From Alphaproteobacteria bacterium (GTDB lineage Bacteria > Pseudomonadota > Alphaproteobacteria > UBA8317): a stretch of 64,000 bases of DNA. Location: NCBI GenBank assembly GCA_038131935.1, contig JAYPQH010000005.1:1-64000 (forward strand), in the 5' to 3' direction. The notes under the pieces are model-generated. The model had not been told where the DNA came from, did not search any database, and was given only the letters and a program-made list of their open reading frames with translations. This document shows positions 53,463 through 64,000 of the stretch, piece by piece (positions within the stretch are counted from its first letter, which is position 1; each line of letters starts with the position of its first letter). Both the position numbers and the translations under genes were made by a program.

Positions 53463-53485
53463 CATTTGGTTCCATGTGGTTTGGT

Positions 53486-54310
53486 TTAGTTCACCTTTGC
53501 ACATGATGAGAACAAAAATGAGACGCGTCCGTCCTGGAAGCGGTATTCGCTCGCTTGAACAACCACATGTGGGCGTCCTTTGCCAGATCCCTTTATGCTC
53601 AGCAATTTCTGCTCACAATCTGTCACATTGGAAAGCGTCGCGTTGTACAATTCGATAAAAGGTGGTGTGCCCTTTGGGGTTTGTGGATTGTCAACCTTTC
53701 TGATGGCATTTTTGTTTGGCACCATGCTTATGTTGGTAAAATCACAAAACCGGATGGTGCAATTGCGGCATGGCTGCCCTGGGGTAAAAGCATTGGGATC
53801 ATTTTCGTTACATTGACCCAAAACAGGCTTGCCTCCCTGGCCCACCACAAAGCCAGTGCCCTTGGGCTTTGCCATGTTGTCTTGGTTGTTACCCTTCATG
53901 AGAGGTCCACGCTCAACGCGTTGCCCAGCTTTGTTTGATGCCGCTTTGTCACCACTGCAGAGCAACTTCCAAACATTGTTTCCACCATTCTTTTTCTTGG
54001 CGGGCTTGAGTTGGCATTGGCCAGAAAGTTTATCGACTGTTGTTTTGGCGCCATTCTGGCAGAATAATGTTTTTTTAGGCCAGTAGAGCATGCGTTGGGT
54101 GCCCATAACGCTGTCTTCAAACTCGACTTCATTGGCACCAACGGGTCTGGGGTTGGCAACCGACATAACGCCATTTGGGTTTTTAATGACGCATCCTTTG
54201 GCTTGCGCGCGTGCATGATCATTAAATCCGACATTTGCACCCAATATAACAGCTAGACCAAATCCTATGACACATGCTCTTTTGTGGGCAATTTTCCAAA
54301 AATCTTTCAT
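53486..54310 (-). CDS. Hypothetical secreted two-domain Cys-rich protein
   Basis: GGAGGG RBS, signal peptide ending ARA, 4+6 Cys in the mature part, own terminator, and an adjacent paralog. Confidence 0.8.
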   Translation of the reverse strand: MKDFWKIAHKRACVIGFGLAVILGANVGFNDHARAQAKGCVIKNPNGVMSVANPRPVGANEVEFEDSVMGTQRMLYWPKKTLFCQNGAKTTVDKLSGQCQLKPAKKKNGGNNVWKLLCSGDKAASNKAGQRVERGPLMKGNNQDNMAKPKGTGFVVGQGGKPVLGQCNENDPNAFTPGQPCRNCTIRFCDFTNISMVPNKNAIRKVDNPQTPKGTPPFIELYNATLSNVTDCEQKLLSIKGSGKGRPHVVVQASEYRFQDGRVSFLFSSCAKVN

Positions 54311-54637
54311 GTTTTTCCCCTCCCTCTTTATGAGACTCCTTTTTTATTTTACGTCAAAAGTAAGGCTTCTTTTAGTTAAGCACCACTTTATTACATTTTA
54401 TTATACCATATTTTGGATAAATAGTTTTTCGAAAAAATACATTTACCCACCAAATGTTTCATCGAAAATGTGCTTTTGGTTAATGTTGGCTTTTCAGTGA
54501 ACGTAACCATTTAGGGTGGCATGCAAAGATGATGGGCGAGATTGCGCTTCACAATCACGCAAAAAAACCCTAGACCATTAACATCTTGTTGAGACGGATT
54601 TTTTGGGCTGACGATGTATATGGATTGGGGAGTAAGT

Positions 54638-57600
54638 ATGACGGTGATGTTTGCACGCAACTGGTCATCCTTAGGGGTCACGGTCATGGCGGCATGGTTA
54701 ATGTCCTTTGCGATGATGTTCGCGCAAACATTACCTGCAGGCTTAAGTTTGCCTCCTGGAATGACCTTGGAAGATGCCAAAAAGTTGCAAGAACAATACC
54801 AGCGTACTGGTCGACTCCCAAATGCTGCAGCCAATACAGGAACATCGCCAACTTATAGTCCTGTTGTTCGTTCGCCTGCCAATCTTTTGGACGAACCAGC
54901 CAGCATATCTCCCACCGAAGAGGTTTCAGAACGCGACAAGCGAGTTCGCCGTCAGTCCATATTGGATATTGATGCACGCCGTGAAGATGTCACAAGTTCA
55001 GTTGTGCGTTATTACAGAAGTATGACGGGCCAGGTGCTCCCCATTTTTGGGTTGCAAACCTTTCAGCAAGCCCCAGCAGAAGGTTTGACACTTTACAACA
55101 CATTTGGTGATGACTACCGGCTCGCGCCTGGTGATGTTCTGGATTTGTCTATTCGTGGGATACGCAACCTCGATCAAATGGTCCGTGTGGACCGCCAGGG
55201 CTTTGTCAAATTGAGTGATTATCGCCCATTGCGTGCAAATGGGAAAACCTTGGCGATGTTTCGAGATGATGTTCGACGTTTGGCACAAACCTCGGATCGA
55301 TCTGCTGATGTCTTTGTAGGTGTCGCTACAGCTCGGAATATTCCTGTAACCGTTACCGGTGAGGTTGCGCAGCCACAAACCATGGCATTGCCTGCTTATG
55401 CTCCACTCTCCTTGGTGTTGGGGTATGTTGGTGGTGTCACAAACTCTGGAAGTTTGAGGCAAGTGGTGATGATGGATCGGCAAGGAAAGCGGGATAAGGT
55501 TGATCTTTACCAATATTTAGAAGGTGACATCAATTTTACAGAGCCCGTGATCCAAGAAGGTGCGCGTATTCATATACCCCCCTTGGGTGGAACCGTCGCC
55601 GCATTTGGCTTTGTGCGCAGGCCGGCTATTTTTGAATTGTCACCCAATCAAGAAGAGATTGCGGTTAAGGATTTGTTAAGGCTCTCTGGTGCAGGATTTT
55701 TGCCACCAGGGGCAGTACTGGAGAGCTTGCGGCTTGATGAAAATGGCCAAGTGGTAGGTTCAGTGCTTTCTAATATTGAAGAGGCAACCTTACGCCAGGG
55801 TGAAGCGCTGCGTGTCAGTGTTATGGAAACCAGGGATGATCAACGTGTAAGCCTCAAGGGAGCTGTGTTGTCGGAGTTGTCTCTGCCATGGCGACAAGGT
55901 CTTGATATGGCGACAGCCCTTCGTGATGGAGCCGCGCTTCGAAATGATGCCCAACGTCTTTTTGCCCTTCATATCTCCCGCACCCATGATGAAGGTGTGG
56001 CGGCAGTTAATCTTGATGATGCATTTGCCAACCCACAGCGTTACCCTCTCCATCCAGGTGATGAATTGGTTGTGTTCACCAAAACCCAATATTTTGAGCT
56101 GTTGGATGCGCCATTTGATGGCACCAAAGATATAGCCGTTGATTTGGTGCGTCGGGCACGGCCTGTGGAAATTTTCCTAGACGACAAACGCGTCGCTCTT
56201 CTCGCGCCACAAGATGGGATGTTTCGTGCGGATGCCTTAGGCTTTGGGGCCAATATCCCACGGACGGCCGTTCGAAACTTCATGTTGCATATTTCTGATC
56301 AATTTGCCTCCTCTGTTGAAGCGTTTGATGGGGATCAAGCCCTGGCTTATGGATCAATGAGTGACATAGGAACCGATGTTTTACAGGGTGATCGCATTCA
56401 GATATTTTCAGGCCAGCGTATGCAAGCGCTTTTGGGAACTGATTTTGATCGTGCGCGTGGGCCCATAGAAACATACATCCGCGATGCCCAGCCGATCTCG
56501 GTGCGTTTTGATGGCAAACGCATTGCCTTCGTGGCACCTGGTGACGGGGTGACTGTAGAAAAGGCATTACAAGGCGGGACATTCATTCCGTTGGATGCAG
56601 ATAAAGATTTCGCAGTGATTTCAAAAGATGGGTTTGAGCATGAAAGCCAGGCAATTTCCTTGCGAGATCAAGCGCTTGAGGAAAATGAATGGAAGCTTGA
56701 GGCGGGTGACGAGATCAATATATTCTCTCGAGACCAACTTGCAGCAATATTGAAACAGGATAACGTTGTTCCACAAAACCGAAATGAGCGTTTGATTGCA
56801 GCCGTGATGCCTGCGGAAATTTTTCTTGACGAACAACGCGTAGCCTTGGTGCCCAGTGGAAGCATCGCGCCGATGTTACAAGTCGTGCAAGATATCCTCG
56901 ACAGCCCACGAACCTATCCGGCCTATATTTTGGACACCCGACGAGACGAGGACGGCTTTGCTTTGAAGATAGAGGTGAACACAAAGCGAGGGTTTCGTCA
57001 AAAAATGATGTCCCGAAGACTGGTTCCTGGCCAGCGGTTGACTTTTTTCCACAAACTTTATCAGGGATCAATTTACCTTAGATGAGAAAGAAACCTCATC
57101 AAATGCCCTTGCGCCACTTCTTGCGACATCAGCAAATGTAGAAAACGCTCCCAGGCAAAACCTCAACCAAGCAGAAGATGAGGCAACATTCCAAGCGCGC
57201 ATTTTGGAAAAAACAGAAAATGTCCGGTCGCGCTCATCCAGTGATGCAGACGGGCCTAAAGAAATCTCTCAAGCCTTGCGGGCACAATTGTTGGCTGACG
57301 CGCGCATGATTGTAGGCGCGGTTGCCAATCCTGGCATCTATCCTGTCGCCTTACCCATCAGCCTAGATGATGCCATTGCTTTGGCAGGTGGGCTTCTTGA
57401 CGGTGCGGACAAAAAGCGTGTGGCGTTAAGGCAATATGAAGATCCAGGTTCAGGCGTTTTTGCGCTTACATCTTACCAAGTCATGGATCTCACTTCTGGT
57501 GAACTGGGATCCACATCCTTGGGGGTATTTTGATATCCAAGTACCACAGCGTGGAAATGATGCGAATATTGGTACGGTGACCCTGACTGGTGAAGTCCGC

Positions 57601-58287
57601 AAACCTGGACGTTACGTGGTGGCCCGCGGTGAAACGCTTGAGGATTTGCTGATCAGGGCTGGTGGTCTTACCGAGACGGCATTTCCATTCGGTGCGGTAT
57701 TCACAAAGACGGCATTGGAGGAGCAGCAAAAAGAGGCCAATCAACGCACAGCCAACCGCGTAGAGAGCTCACTTCTTGACAGCAGTTTTCAAAATATGGA
57801 CCGCACCCAAGAGATATCTGCAATTCAACGTTATGCAAATCTTTTGCGCACAGCCCAACCGACAGGCCGTCAGGTCATTGATCTTCTGTCTCAACAGGAC
57901 ACCGGTCGCATTCTTCTGGCAGATGGAGATACATTGTTTGTACCCCAAAGACCTTCATCAGTGACTGTCGCGGGTGAGGTGTTAAGTCCATCAACAGTCT
58001 TCTATCGCCCTGGGCAAGAGGTCTCAGATTATATCAACAATGCTGGTGGCTTCACAGCACTTGCGGACTCAGATCGGGTTTACATGGTGTTGCCCAATGG
58101 TGAAGCGAAAAAAGTTGATTTGGGTCGCTTCTCCTTTCGTGATCTGCCAGTGACTGCGGGAAGTATTATTTTTGTGCCACCTGATACAACCTCATTGTCT
58201 GGATTTGAGGTCACAGAATTGGTGGCAGGTCTTGTTTCCAATATTGCCAGCGCTGCGTTGGGTATTGGTGCTATTGTCAATCAGTGA
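54638..58287 (+). CDS. Large SLBB-domain polysaccharide export protein (Wza/KpsD-like); frameshifts at about 57050 and 57525
   Basis: DYRLAPGDVLDL, VTVTGEVAQP, GGVTNSGSLR, GEVRKPGRY...AGGLT, LADGDTLFVP, YINNAGGF. Three consecutive ORFs form one gene of about 1200 aa. Confidence 0.88.
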
Positions 58288-59801
58288 TGTTTGTAGGTTT
58301 AAGGTTATCTGACAAATCCAAGCTCTTTTGGCGTTTGGGTTGCTGGATATCCTTTGCTCTTAGCTTTGTGCTTCTTTTGGGTGGGCATGACATACATGCC
58401 CGCGCAACCGACCATTCGCAGTTGAATTTCTGGCTCAAACAAGGTCATGTCATCCTTAAAAACAAAAATCAGTTAGCTATTGAGATGTTTGGTGACGAGG
58501 AAATCACCCCAGAAGTTTTAGCAAATTTCAAAGGTGAGGGTGATTTTTTTGTTTTTCGTCACGAAGATCCACAGCCACAACTTTTGCATGTCGTTGGAGA
58601 TCAGGCTTATTTCCAATTTTTTGCGCCACAATTGTTGATGGGTGCTGCCCGCACCTTGTTGCTGTTGCCCAAAGAGCATGACCATGATGTTACCAATATA
58701 CCCTCCCACCCTTTGGGTCAGGACAGCTCTATAAATTTTATTTTTAGACAATGTGGCTTTGACCGTTATCATCTTGGAGCAAATCCTTGTGATGAAATGC
58801 CTGAAAGAATTTGGCGTAGAACTGATCTCTTAACGTTGGTTCGAGACCATCAGCTGCGTGCAGAAACTTGGGAACAAGATCTGGTAATTGGTATAGCTGA
58901 CCTTGCAAAGTTAGATGTAGAGCAGGTGCGCTCTTGGCGTCAGGGTCAAATGGTTTCTTTTGTTCATGATCATGGAGGTTTCATGCATGGACAATTGCGC
59001 TATGAGGCGCAAGCCATCCAGTCTGCATGGGCATTTGGGGCATTTGAAGAACTCTATTATTTGGGTGACTATCAAACCGCCAAGATTGCATTTGAACCTC
59101 GCCCCTTTGATAGCTCATGGGTTTTGGGATGGAGGGATCAAGAAGGAGCCTATCTTAGCTGGCATGTTGGGGTGCCGTTAGAAGGTGCGTTTCGGCTTGA
59201 AACATCTTTGATGATGAAAGAGCAAGAGGATGTAAGGTTTCGGGAGCTTCGTGTGCAAAATGATTTTGTTTGGTCAGAGCGTGCGGTTCAGTGGGCAGTG
59301 GGGCTGCATGATCAAGACCGTTTTGGGACAAGTTTGATAGCGCTCATGACGCCAGAGGTCACGTCTTGGCAATGGGGATTGGCCTTAGATCTAGGTCTCG
59401 GGTTAAATACCCAAAATCCTTATGGCAAATTTGGGGCAACTGTTCGTCATGATCTGACGTCGAATATCCACGGCCTTTTGGGGGTGCAAGCGGGCTTTGA
59501 TGACAATGACAATCTTTGGCAAACAACATTTGAAGTTTCCAGGTCGTTTCCATCCTTGGGTGGGCAGGTTGGCTTGGGCGTTAAGGGTGATTGGGTGGAA
59601 GATGATTTGGAAGCTCTCATTCGTTGGACATGGAACCTACAAAAACCCGTCATGTCGTCCGTATCTGGGGCCTTAGGTTTGGAAGATCCACAAATGCGGC
59701 GGATGAGGCTATTGTTGGCGGAATGGCAAGGTAACAAAGAAGAAGCTTTGCGTTCTCAAGTCTATCAAGGTTGGCAACGCGCCCATCATTCTTCCAACTG
59801 A
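58284..59801 (+). CDS. Putative outer-membrane beta-barrel protein, divergent YjbH/GfcD-like
   Basis: Signal peptide and alternating hydrophobic beta-strands in the C-terminal half (FEVSRSF...GQVG). It lies between the SLBB and Wzz genes with a GTGA overlap. Confidence 0.5.
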   Translation: MMFVGLRLSDKSKLFWRLGCWISFALSFVLLLGGHDIHARATDHSQLNFWLKQGHVILKNKNQLAIEMFGDEEITPEVLANFKGEGDFFVFRHEDPQPQLLHVVGDQAYFQFFAPQLLMGAARTLLLLPKEHDHDVTNIPSHPLGQDSSINFIFRQCGFDRYHLGANPCDEMPERIWRRTDLLTLVRDHQLRAETWEQDLVIGIADLAKLDVEQVRSWRQGQMVSFVHDHGGFMHGQLRYEAQAIQSAWAFGAFEELYYLGDYQTAKIAFEPRPFDSSWVLGWRDQEGAYLSWHVGVPLEGAFRLETSLMMKEQEDVRFRELRVQNDFVWSERAVQWAVGLHDQDRFGTSLIALMTPEVTSWQWGLALDLGLGLNTQNPYGKFGATVRHDLTSNIHGLLGVQAGFDDNDNLWQTTFEVSRSFPSLGGQVGLGVKGDWVEDDLEALIRWTWNLQKPVMSSVSGALGLEDPQMRRMRLLLAEWQGNKEEALRSQVYQGWQRAHHSSN

Positions 59802-59953
59802 GGAAAACTTTCCTCAAATGATATGGGCATCAAAGGGGTTCGTTTTTTTTTGACCCATGATTACGTCTTCATGCGTCTCTTTACTTGAGTTGAGAAGTTG
59901 GTCATGAGATATGAAGTTTTTAAGATTTGTAAGGTAAAAGGGGCTCTTGGCTT

Positions 59954-60889
59954 ATGGATGAACAAAGTGCAGCGTCATCACAAGCAGATGATGAAATTGA
60001 CCTGAAAGAGCTGTTCTTGCATTTGTGGGAAGGCAAATTTTTGATTGCGCTTTGTGCCGTTGTCTCGATTTCCTTGGGGTCTCTTTATTTGCATAACGCG
60101 ACCAGGCTTTACACCATGCAGGCGCTTGTGATGCCCGTTGCATCAGATTCAAAAGTGCCGCGTCTTGGTGGCTTATCTGATCTTGCTGGGCTTGCAGGTA
60201 TCTCCATACCAACGGGGTCGTCTGGTGATTTTACAGCACTTCAAAAATTGTTGCATTCTGAAGAAATTGCCCAAAGATTGCTTGAAAAAACAGATTTGGC
60301 CAAGCGTATCTTCACATCTGAATGGGATGAGCAAAAGGCAGGTTGGCAAGAACCTCAAAAGGGGGCGCTGGGATTGCTTCTAGGGCAGGTAAAACGCTCA
60401 TTAACAGGTTCAGAGGTTATGGCATACCGCGCCCCTGATGCCGCACGGTTGGCTGACTATTTAACAAAAACATTAAATGTTTCCTCAGATCGTGATAGCG
60501 GTTATCTGACCGTTTCTGTTGACCATGAAGATCCACAATTGGGTATGGATATGATCAAATGGTCCATAGCTGAGGCAGATAGTGCCTTGCGTGAAACCTA
60601 CCTTGCTGATTCGACAGAGATCATGGAATCTTACAGCCAGAAATTGGCAAGGGCACAGAGTGCAGAATTGCGTGAGGTTTTGGCACAGGTCATTGGTGAA
60701 GAGGAACGTAAGCAGATCCTTGCCCTTGAAGGAAGCCATTATACCGCCAGGATTTTGAGAGGCCCTACCGCTTCACTGAACCCCACATCTCCAAAATCTT
60801 CCCTCGTATTGGCACTCGCTCTTGTTTTGGGCTGTTTTTTAGGTGCTGCCATGGTGTTAATTCGCGCTGCATTTCGGCCAAAGGCTTGA
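59954..60889 (+). CDS. wzz: Wzz/FepE-type polysaccharide chain-length determinant
   Basis: DEIDLKELFLHLW, N- and C-terminal TM helices, and PTSPK...LALALVLG. Confidence 0.88.
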   Translation: MDEQSAASSQADDEIDLKELFLHLWEGKFLIALCAVVSISLGSLYLHNATRLYTMQALVMPVASDSKVPRLGGLSDLAGLAGISIPTGSSGDFTALQKLLHSEEIAQRLLEKTDLAKRIFTSEWDEQKAGWQEPQKGALGLLLGQVKRSLTGSEVMAYRAPDAARLADYLTKTLNVSSDRDSGYLTVSVDHEDPQLGMDMIKWSIAEADSALRETYLADSTEIMESYSQKLARAQSAELREVLAQVIGEEERKQILALEGSHYTARILRGPTASLNPTSPKSSLVLALALVLGCFLGAAMVLIRAAFRPKA

Positions 60890-61236
60890 GTAAAGAGGGC
60901 GAATACGTAACGCGTCAAGCAGCGAAGTTCTGTTGTGACACAGAGTGTTGATCTCAATTTGTAGATTTGTCGCATCTAGCTTTGGAACGTCTTGATATAC
61001 TGCGTTTGTTCAAATTTAGGTTTACAAAATGCTTTAATGTTCAACGCCGTACATCGTTGACCCAAGATACTCAGATCGAGGGTGGCAGTATTAAGCGCAG
61101 CCAAATGGCTGTTTTCCGTGACCTGATGATAGATTTCAGGTTGTTCTTTGTTGGTATCTGTCCTATAGAGAGATAAACATGATATCATGCGACTGTCTTA
61201 GGTCTGTGCAGAAAATTTTATGGAGTGTTTGGGGTC

Positions 61237-64000
61237 ATGAACGAATTAGTCACGAACAAAACTGTGGTGAGCAAAGTCTTAAGAAACAGCCTTTCAAATG
61301 ATATCCTGACGGGTCTTGCAACGTTTCAACGTCAGCATAGGAATAATCCCAAATTGATGTCTTTGGGCGCTACGGTTTCATTGCTCGCATTGAGTGCTTG
61401 TGGTGGTGGAAGCTCAAGTCCAGCCCCTGCACCAGCAACGCAGATTAGCGGTGATGGATTCAAAGGACCTCTGCAAAATGCGTTTGTTTTCTATGATGCA
61501 GATGATGACGGGGTTTTTGACTACACGGATGTAAATGGTAACGGTGTTTTTGATCAGGGTGTTGATACAGATTTTGAACCATTCTCCATAACAGATGCTG
61601 ATGGTGCTTATGAATTAGATTTGCCTGCAGGATATGATGCGAGCCATCCTGTTATCCTTATTTCACAAGATGACACGCGTGATACCTTTCTAAATATTCC
61701 TTACGAAGGTAAAATGTTGTCCTCGACAACCTCTACAGTGACCTCGCAAATTACAACCCTCATCAGCAGCGGTGTGGATGAAGATGATGTTTACAGCATT
61801 TTGGGGTTGAACAAAGCTGATTTGCCAGCAGATTTTAGTTTTGCTGATTTTAACCCATTCACATTGGGTGCTGACGCCCCTGCGGCCTTAAAAACAGCGG
61901 CGAACAAGACAGAAGAAGTCTCACAGCAGTTAAAAACAGTCCTACAGCTTGTGCAATCCTCTGCCACGGGTGCAGGTGTCACGGCTGATGAAGCATTTGC
62001 CTCGGCATTAAAAGCTGTTGTGACAAAACTTCAAACAGGCGATGCGTCCATCCTCACCGACGAGGCTGCGCTGGCAGATGTCGTTCAAGTTGTTGCCGAT
62101 GATATTGCCACATCAAACCCAGCTGCGGCAGCAAAAATTGCTGCAACAAAATCTGCGGTGGCGGCTTCCGCAAAATTGATCAATGATGATTTCGCCAATC
62201 TGGACCTCGACACAATCGACGTGGATGCCATCGCAAAGTCATCATCATCTGTTGATGCTGTTTCATCCTCATTGAAGACCAAAGTGGAAACAACAGATGC
62301 TGCAGCACTTGAGGCAGAACTTGAAAATTTTGACGATGAAGTCATAGCTGCCAAACAAAACTCAGCACCAACCGATATCGTGCTCTCGCAGGATGGCTCT
62401 GCGGTAACAGGTGCTGTCAATGTTGCTGAAGGAAGCCTTGTTGTTGGTGTTCTATCAACAACTGATGCGGATGCTAATGATACACACTCCTACAGTTTGA
62501 GCGGGGCTGATGCAGCAAAGTTTGAAATTGTAAATGGTGAATTGCGGTTCAAGGAAGCGGTTGACTATGAAACCGCGACGCAGAAAGAATTCAATGTCAC
62601 GGTGAGGTCCACAGATAATGGTGGAAAATTTGTCAGTGAAAGTTTTGTGATCAATGTAACCGATGTTGTTGAAGCTGTGTCACTCTCGAATACGTCTGTT
62701 GACGAAAACACCACGGCTGTGGGGAGTTTGTCCACAAGTGGTGTGGGAGCAGGTGCCACGGTAACCTATAGCTTGGGTGGCGCTGACGCATCGGCGTTTG
62801 AAATTGATGGAGATGTAATCTTATTTAAAACCGCGCCTGATTATGAGACCAAGTCATCCTATGAGGTTGAGGTAACATCAACTGATGGCGGATCATTGAC
62901 AGCAACAGAAACATTCACGGTGACAATAAATGACGTGAATGAGGCGCCAACAGCGGTCGCCCTTTCCAGCACATCCGTTGATGAAAATATAACTGCTGTG
63001 GGCACATTGAGCACCACTGACGAAGACGCAGGCGACAGTCATACCTACGAAATTGGTGGAACAGATGCAGCTTCATTCGAGATTAGCGGTAATGAGCTTT
63101 CCTTTAAGACAGCACCTGACTTTGAGACCAAGTCTTCTTACAGCATCACGATAACCTCGACAGATGCTGGGGGGCTTTCATCAAATGCTGAGGCGTTTAC
63201 CATTTCCATCAATGATGTGGGAACAGCCTTCCTGGAGAGCAGTCTAACAAATACGATCACTGCACGTACCGATGGTTTGTCGATCTCAGGTAATGTTGTC
63301 GCTTCTGATACATCAGATGCTAGCTTAACCTACAGCATCACATCAGGTGTTGGTACCTTGGGTACGTTAAGTTTGAATGCGGATGGTTCTTATAGCTACG
63401 TATTGAACGCCAACTCTGGGGCCATGGCAGGAGGGCAGGACGTGTTTGCCGTGACGGTCACAGATGGCACCACCCCTCAGACTGAAAACCTCGTGATTAC
63501 AGTGGAAGCCACGACAGCAGCGGCGAATGAAGTTCTGTTGCTGTCATCGGACTCAGGTGCTGTTCAGACATCAATAACAGCCGCATCTGATGCCGCAGTT
63601 GCTGGCGATATGATTTTGGTCGGTAGTGGAAGTTATGATGAAGATGTAACCATCGATGTAGGGGTAACCTTATTGGGTGCAAACCATGGCCTCTCTGCGG
63701 TGCAGTATGATGCCGATGGTCATCCTATACCTTTGTTTGATGGTGATAAGCGCACCAGCGAAGCAGCAGCTGAGACGCATATCAACGGCACACTTACCGT
63801 TGCATCATCGGACGTTGTTGTTGATGGTTTTGTCTTGCATCATGCTGATGGTCCCCTCACGTTCGCCCAGGTTGAAGGTTTGGATAATATTACCCTGACC
63901 AATAACTATATTACGGGGTATTTGGCCGGGAATGCGCCAAGTTATTTTGCGGGCTACGAAGGCACGACTTCAAAAGCTACTGGTTGGGATATTAGCAATA
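61237..64000 (+). CDS. Large surface protein, 5' part (over 920 aa, open at the window end): lipobox, Ca-binding-like N-domain, three cadherin domains, a VCBS/Ig-like domain and the start of a right-handed beta-helix
   Basis: Frame read by hand with no stop from ATG 61237. It contains LLALSACGGGSS; GPLQNAFVFYDADDDG; cadherin motifs DYET/DFET and INDVNEAP; GTLSLNADGSYSY; and SITAASDAAVAGDMILVGSGSYDEDVTI. Confidence 0.9.
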   Translation, partial: MNELVTNKTVVSKVLRNSLSNDILTGLATFQRQHRNNPKLMSLGATVSLLALSACGGGSSSPAPAPATQISGDGFKGPLQNAFVFYDADDDGVFDYTDVNGNGVFDQGVDTDFEPFSITDADGAYELDLPAGYDASHPVILISQDDTRDTFLNIPYEGKMLSSTTSTVTSQITTLISSGVDEDDVYSILGLNKADLPADFSFADFNPFTLGADAPAALKTAANKTEEVSQQLKTVLQLVQSSATGAGVTADEAFASALKAVVTKLQTGDASILTDEAALADVVQVVADDIATSNPAAAAKIAATKSAVAASAKLINDDFANLDLDTIDVDAIAKSSSSVDAVSSSLKTKVETTDAAALEAELENFDDEVIAAKQNSAPTDIVLSQDGSAVTGAVNVAEGSLVVGVLSTTDADANDTHSYSLSGADAAKFEIVNGELRFKEAVDYETATQKEFNVTVRSTDNGGKFVSESFVINVTDVVEAVSLSNTSVDENTTAVGSLSTSGVGAGATVTYSLGGADASAFEIDGDVILFKTAPDYETKSSYEVEVTSTDGGSLTATETFTVTINDVNEAPTAVALSSTSVDENITAVGTLSTTDEDAGDSHTYEIGGTDAASFEISGNELSFKTAPDFETKSSYSITITSTDAGGLSSNAEAFTISINDVGTAFLESSLTNTITARTDGLSISGNVVASDTSDASLTYSITSGVGTLGTLSLNADGSYSYVLNANSGAMAGGQDVFAVTVTDGTTPQTENLVITVEATTAAANEVLLLSSDSGAVQTSITAASDAAVAGDMILVGSGSYDEDVTIDVGVTLLGANHGLSAVQYDADGHPIPLFDGDKRTSEAAAETHINGTLTVASSDVVVDGFVLHHADGPLTFAQVEGLDNITLTNNYITGYLAGNAPSYFAGYEGTTSKATGWDISN

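Noticed and set aside
54578-54592. CtrA-like box TTAA-N7-TTGA upstream of the polysaccharide export gene
   Set aside because: It is a single imperfect match in AT-rich DNA and cannot be supported without comparative data.

Overview
Bacterial chromosomal window, probably from an alphaproteobacterium (inferred from gene content and a DETD-type DEAD-box helicase). Many otherwise intact genes carry single-base frameshifts, so it is probably an unpolished long-read assembly. It has three zones. (1) 1-7208 is the 3' end of a giant, G/T-skewed surface protein gene. It is built from about 3.6 near-identical 1.56-1.73 kb tandem units with a nested 165-bp sub-repeat, followed by an Ig-like domain and an acidic repeat tail. 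(2) About 7.8-52.5 kb is a dense block of mostly catabolic genes: aldolases, 2-hydroxyacid dehydrogenases, a Rieske oxygenase, CoA-transferases, an amidase, a split ThDP decarboxylase, TauD, a peptide-type ABC importer, leuC between two ICL/PEPM lyases, dgoKA and a GMC oxidoreductase. This block also holds tRNA-Leu(CAA), has no recognisable transcription factor, and contains several multi-hairpin intergenic regions. (3) About 52.8-64 kb holds a tandem pair of orphan secreted Cys-rich paralogs and a polysaccharide export locus (expanded SLBB protein, YjbH-like barrel, Wzz). It ends with the start of a large cadherin/beta-helix lipoprotein that the ORF track misses. No CRISPR array, integrase, transposase, reverse transcriptase or rRNA was seen. 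All family assignments come from motif recognition by eye; no searches were run.
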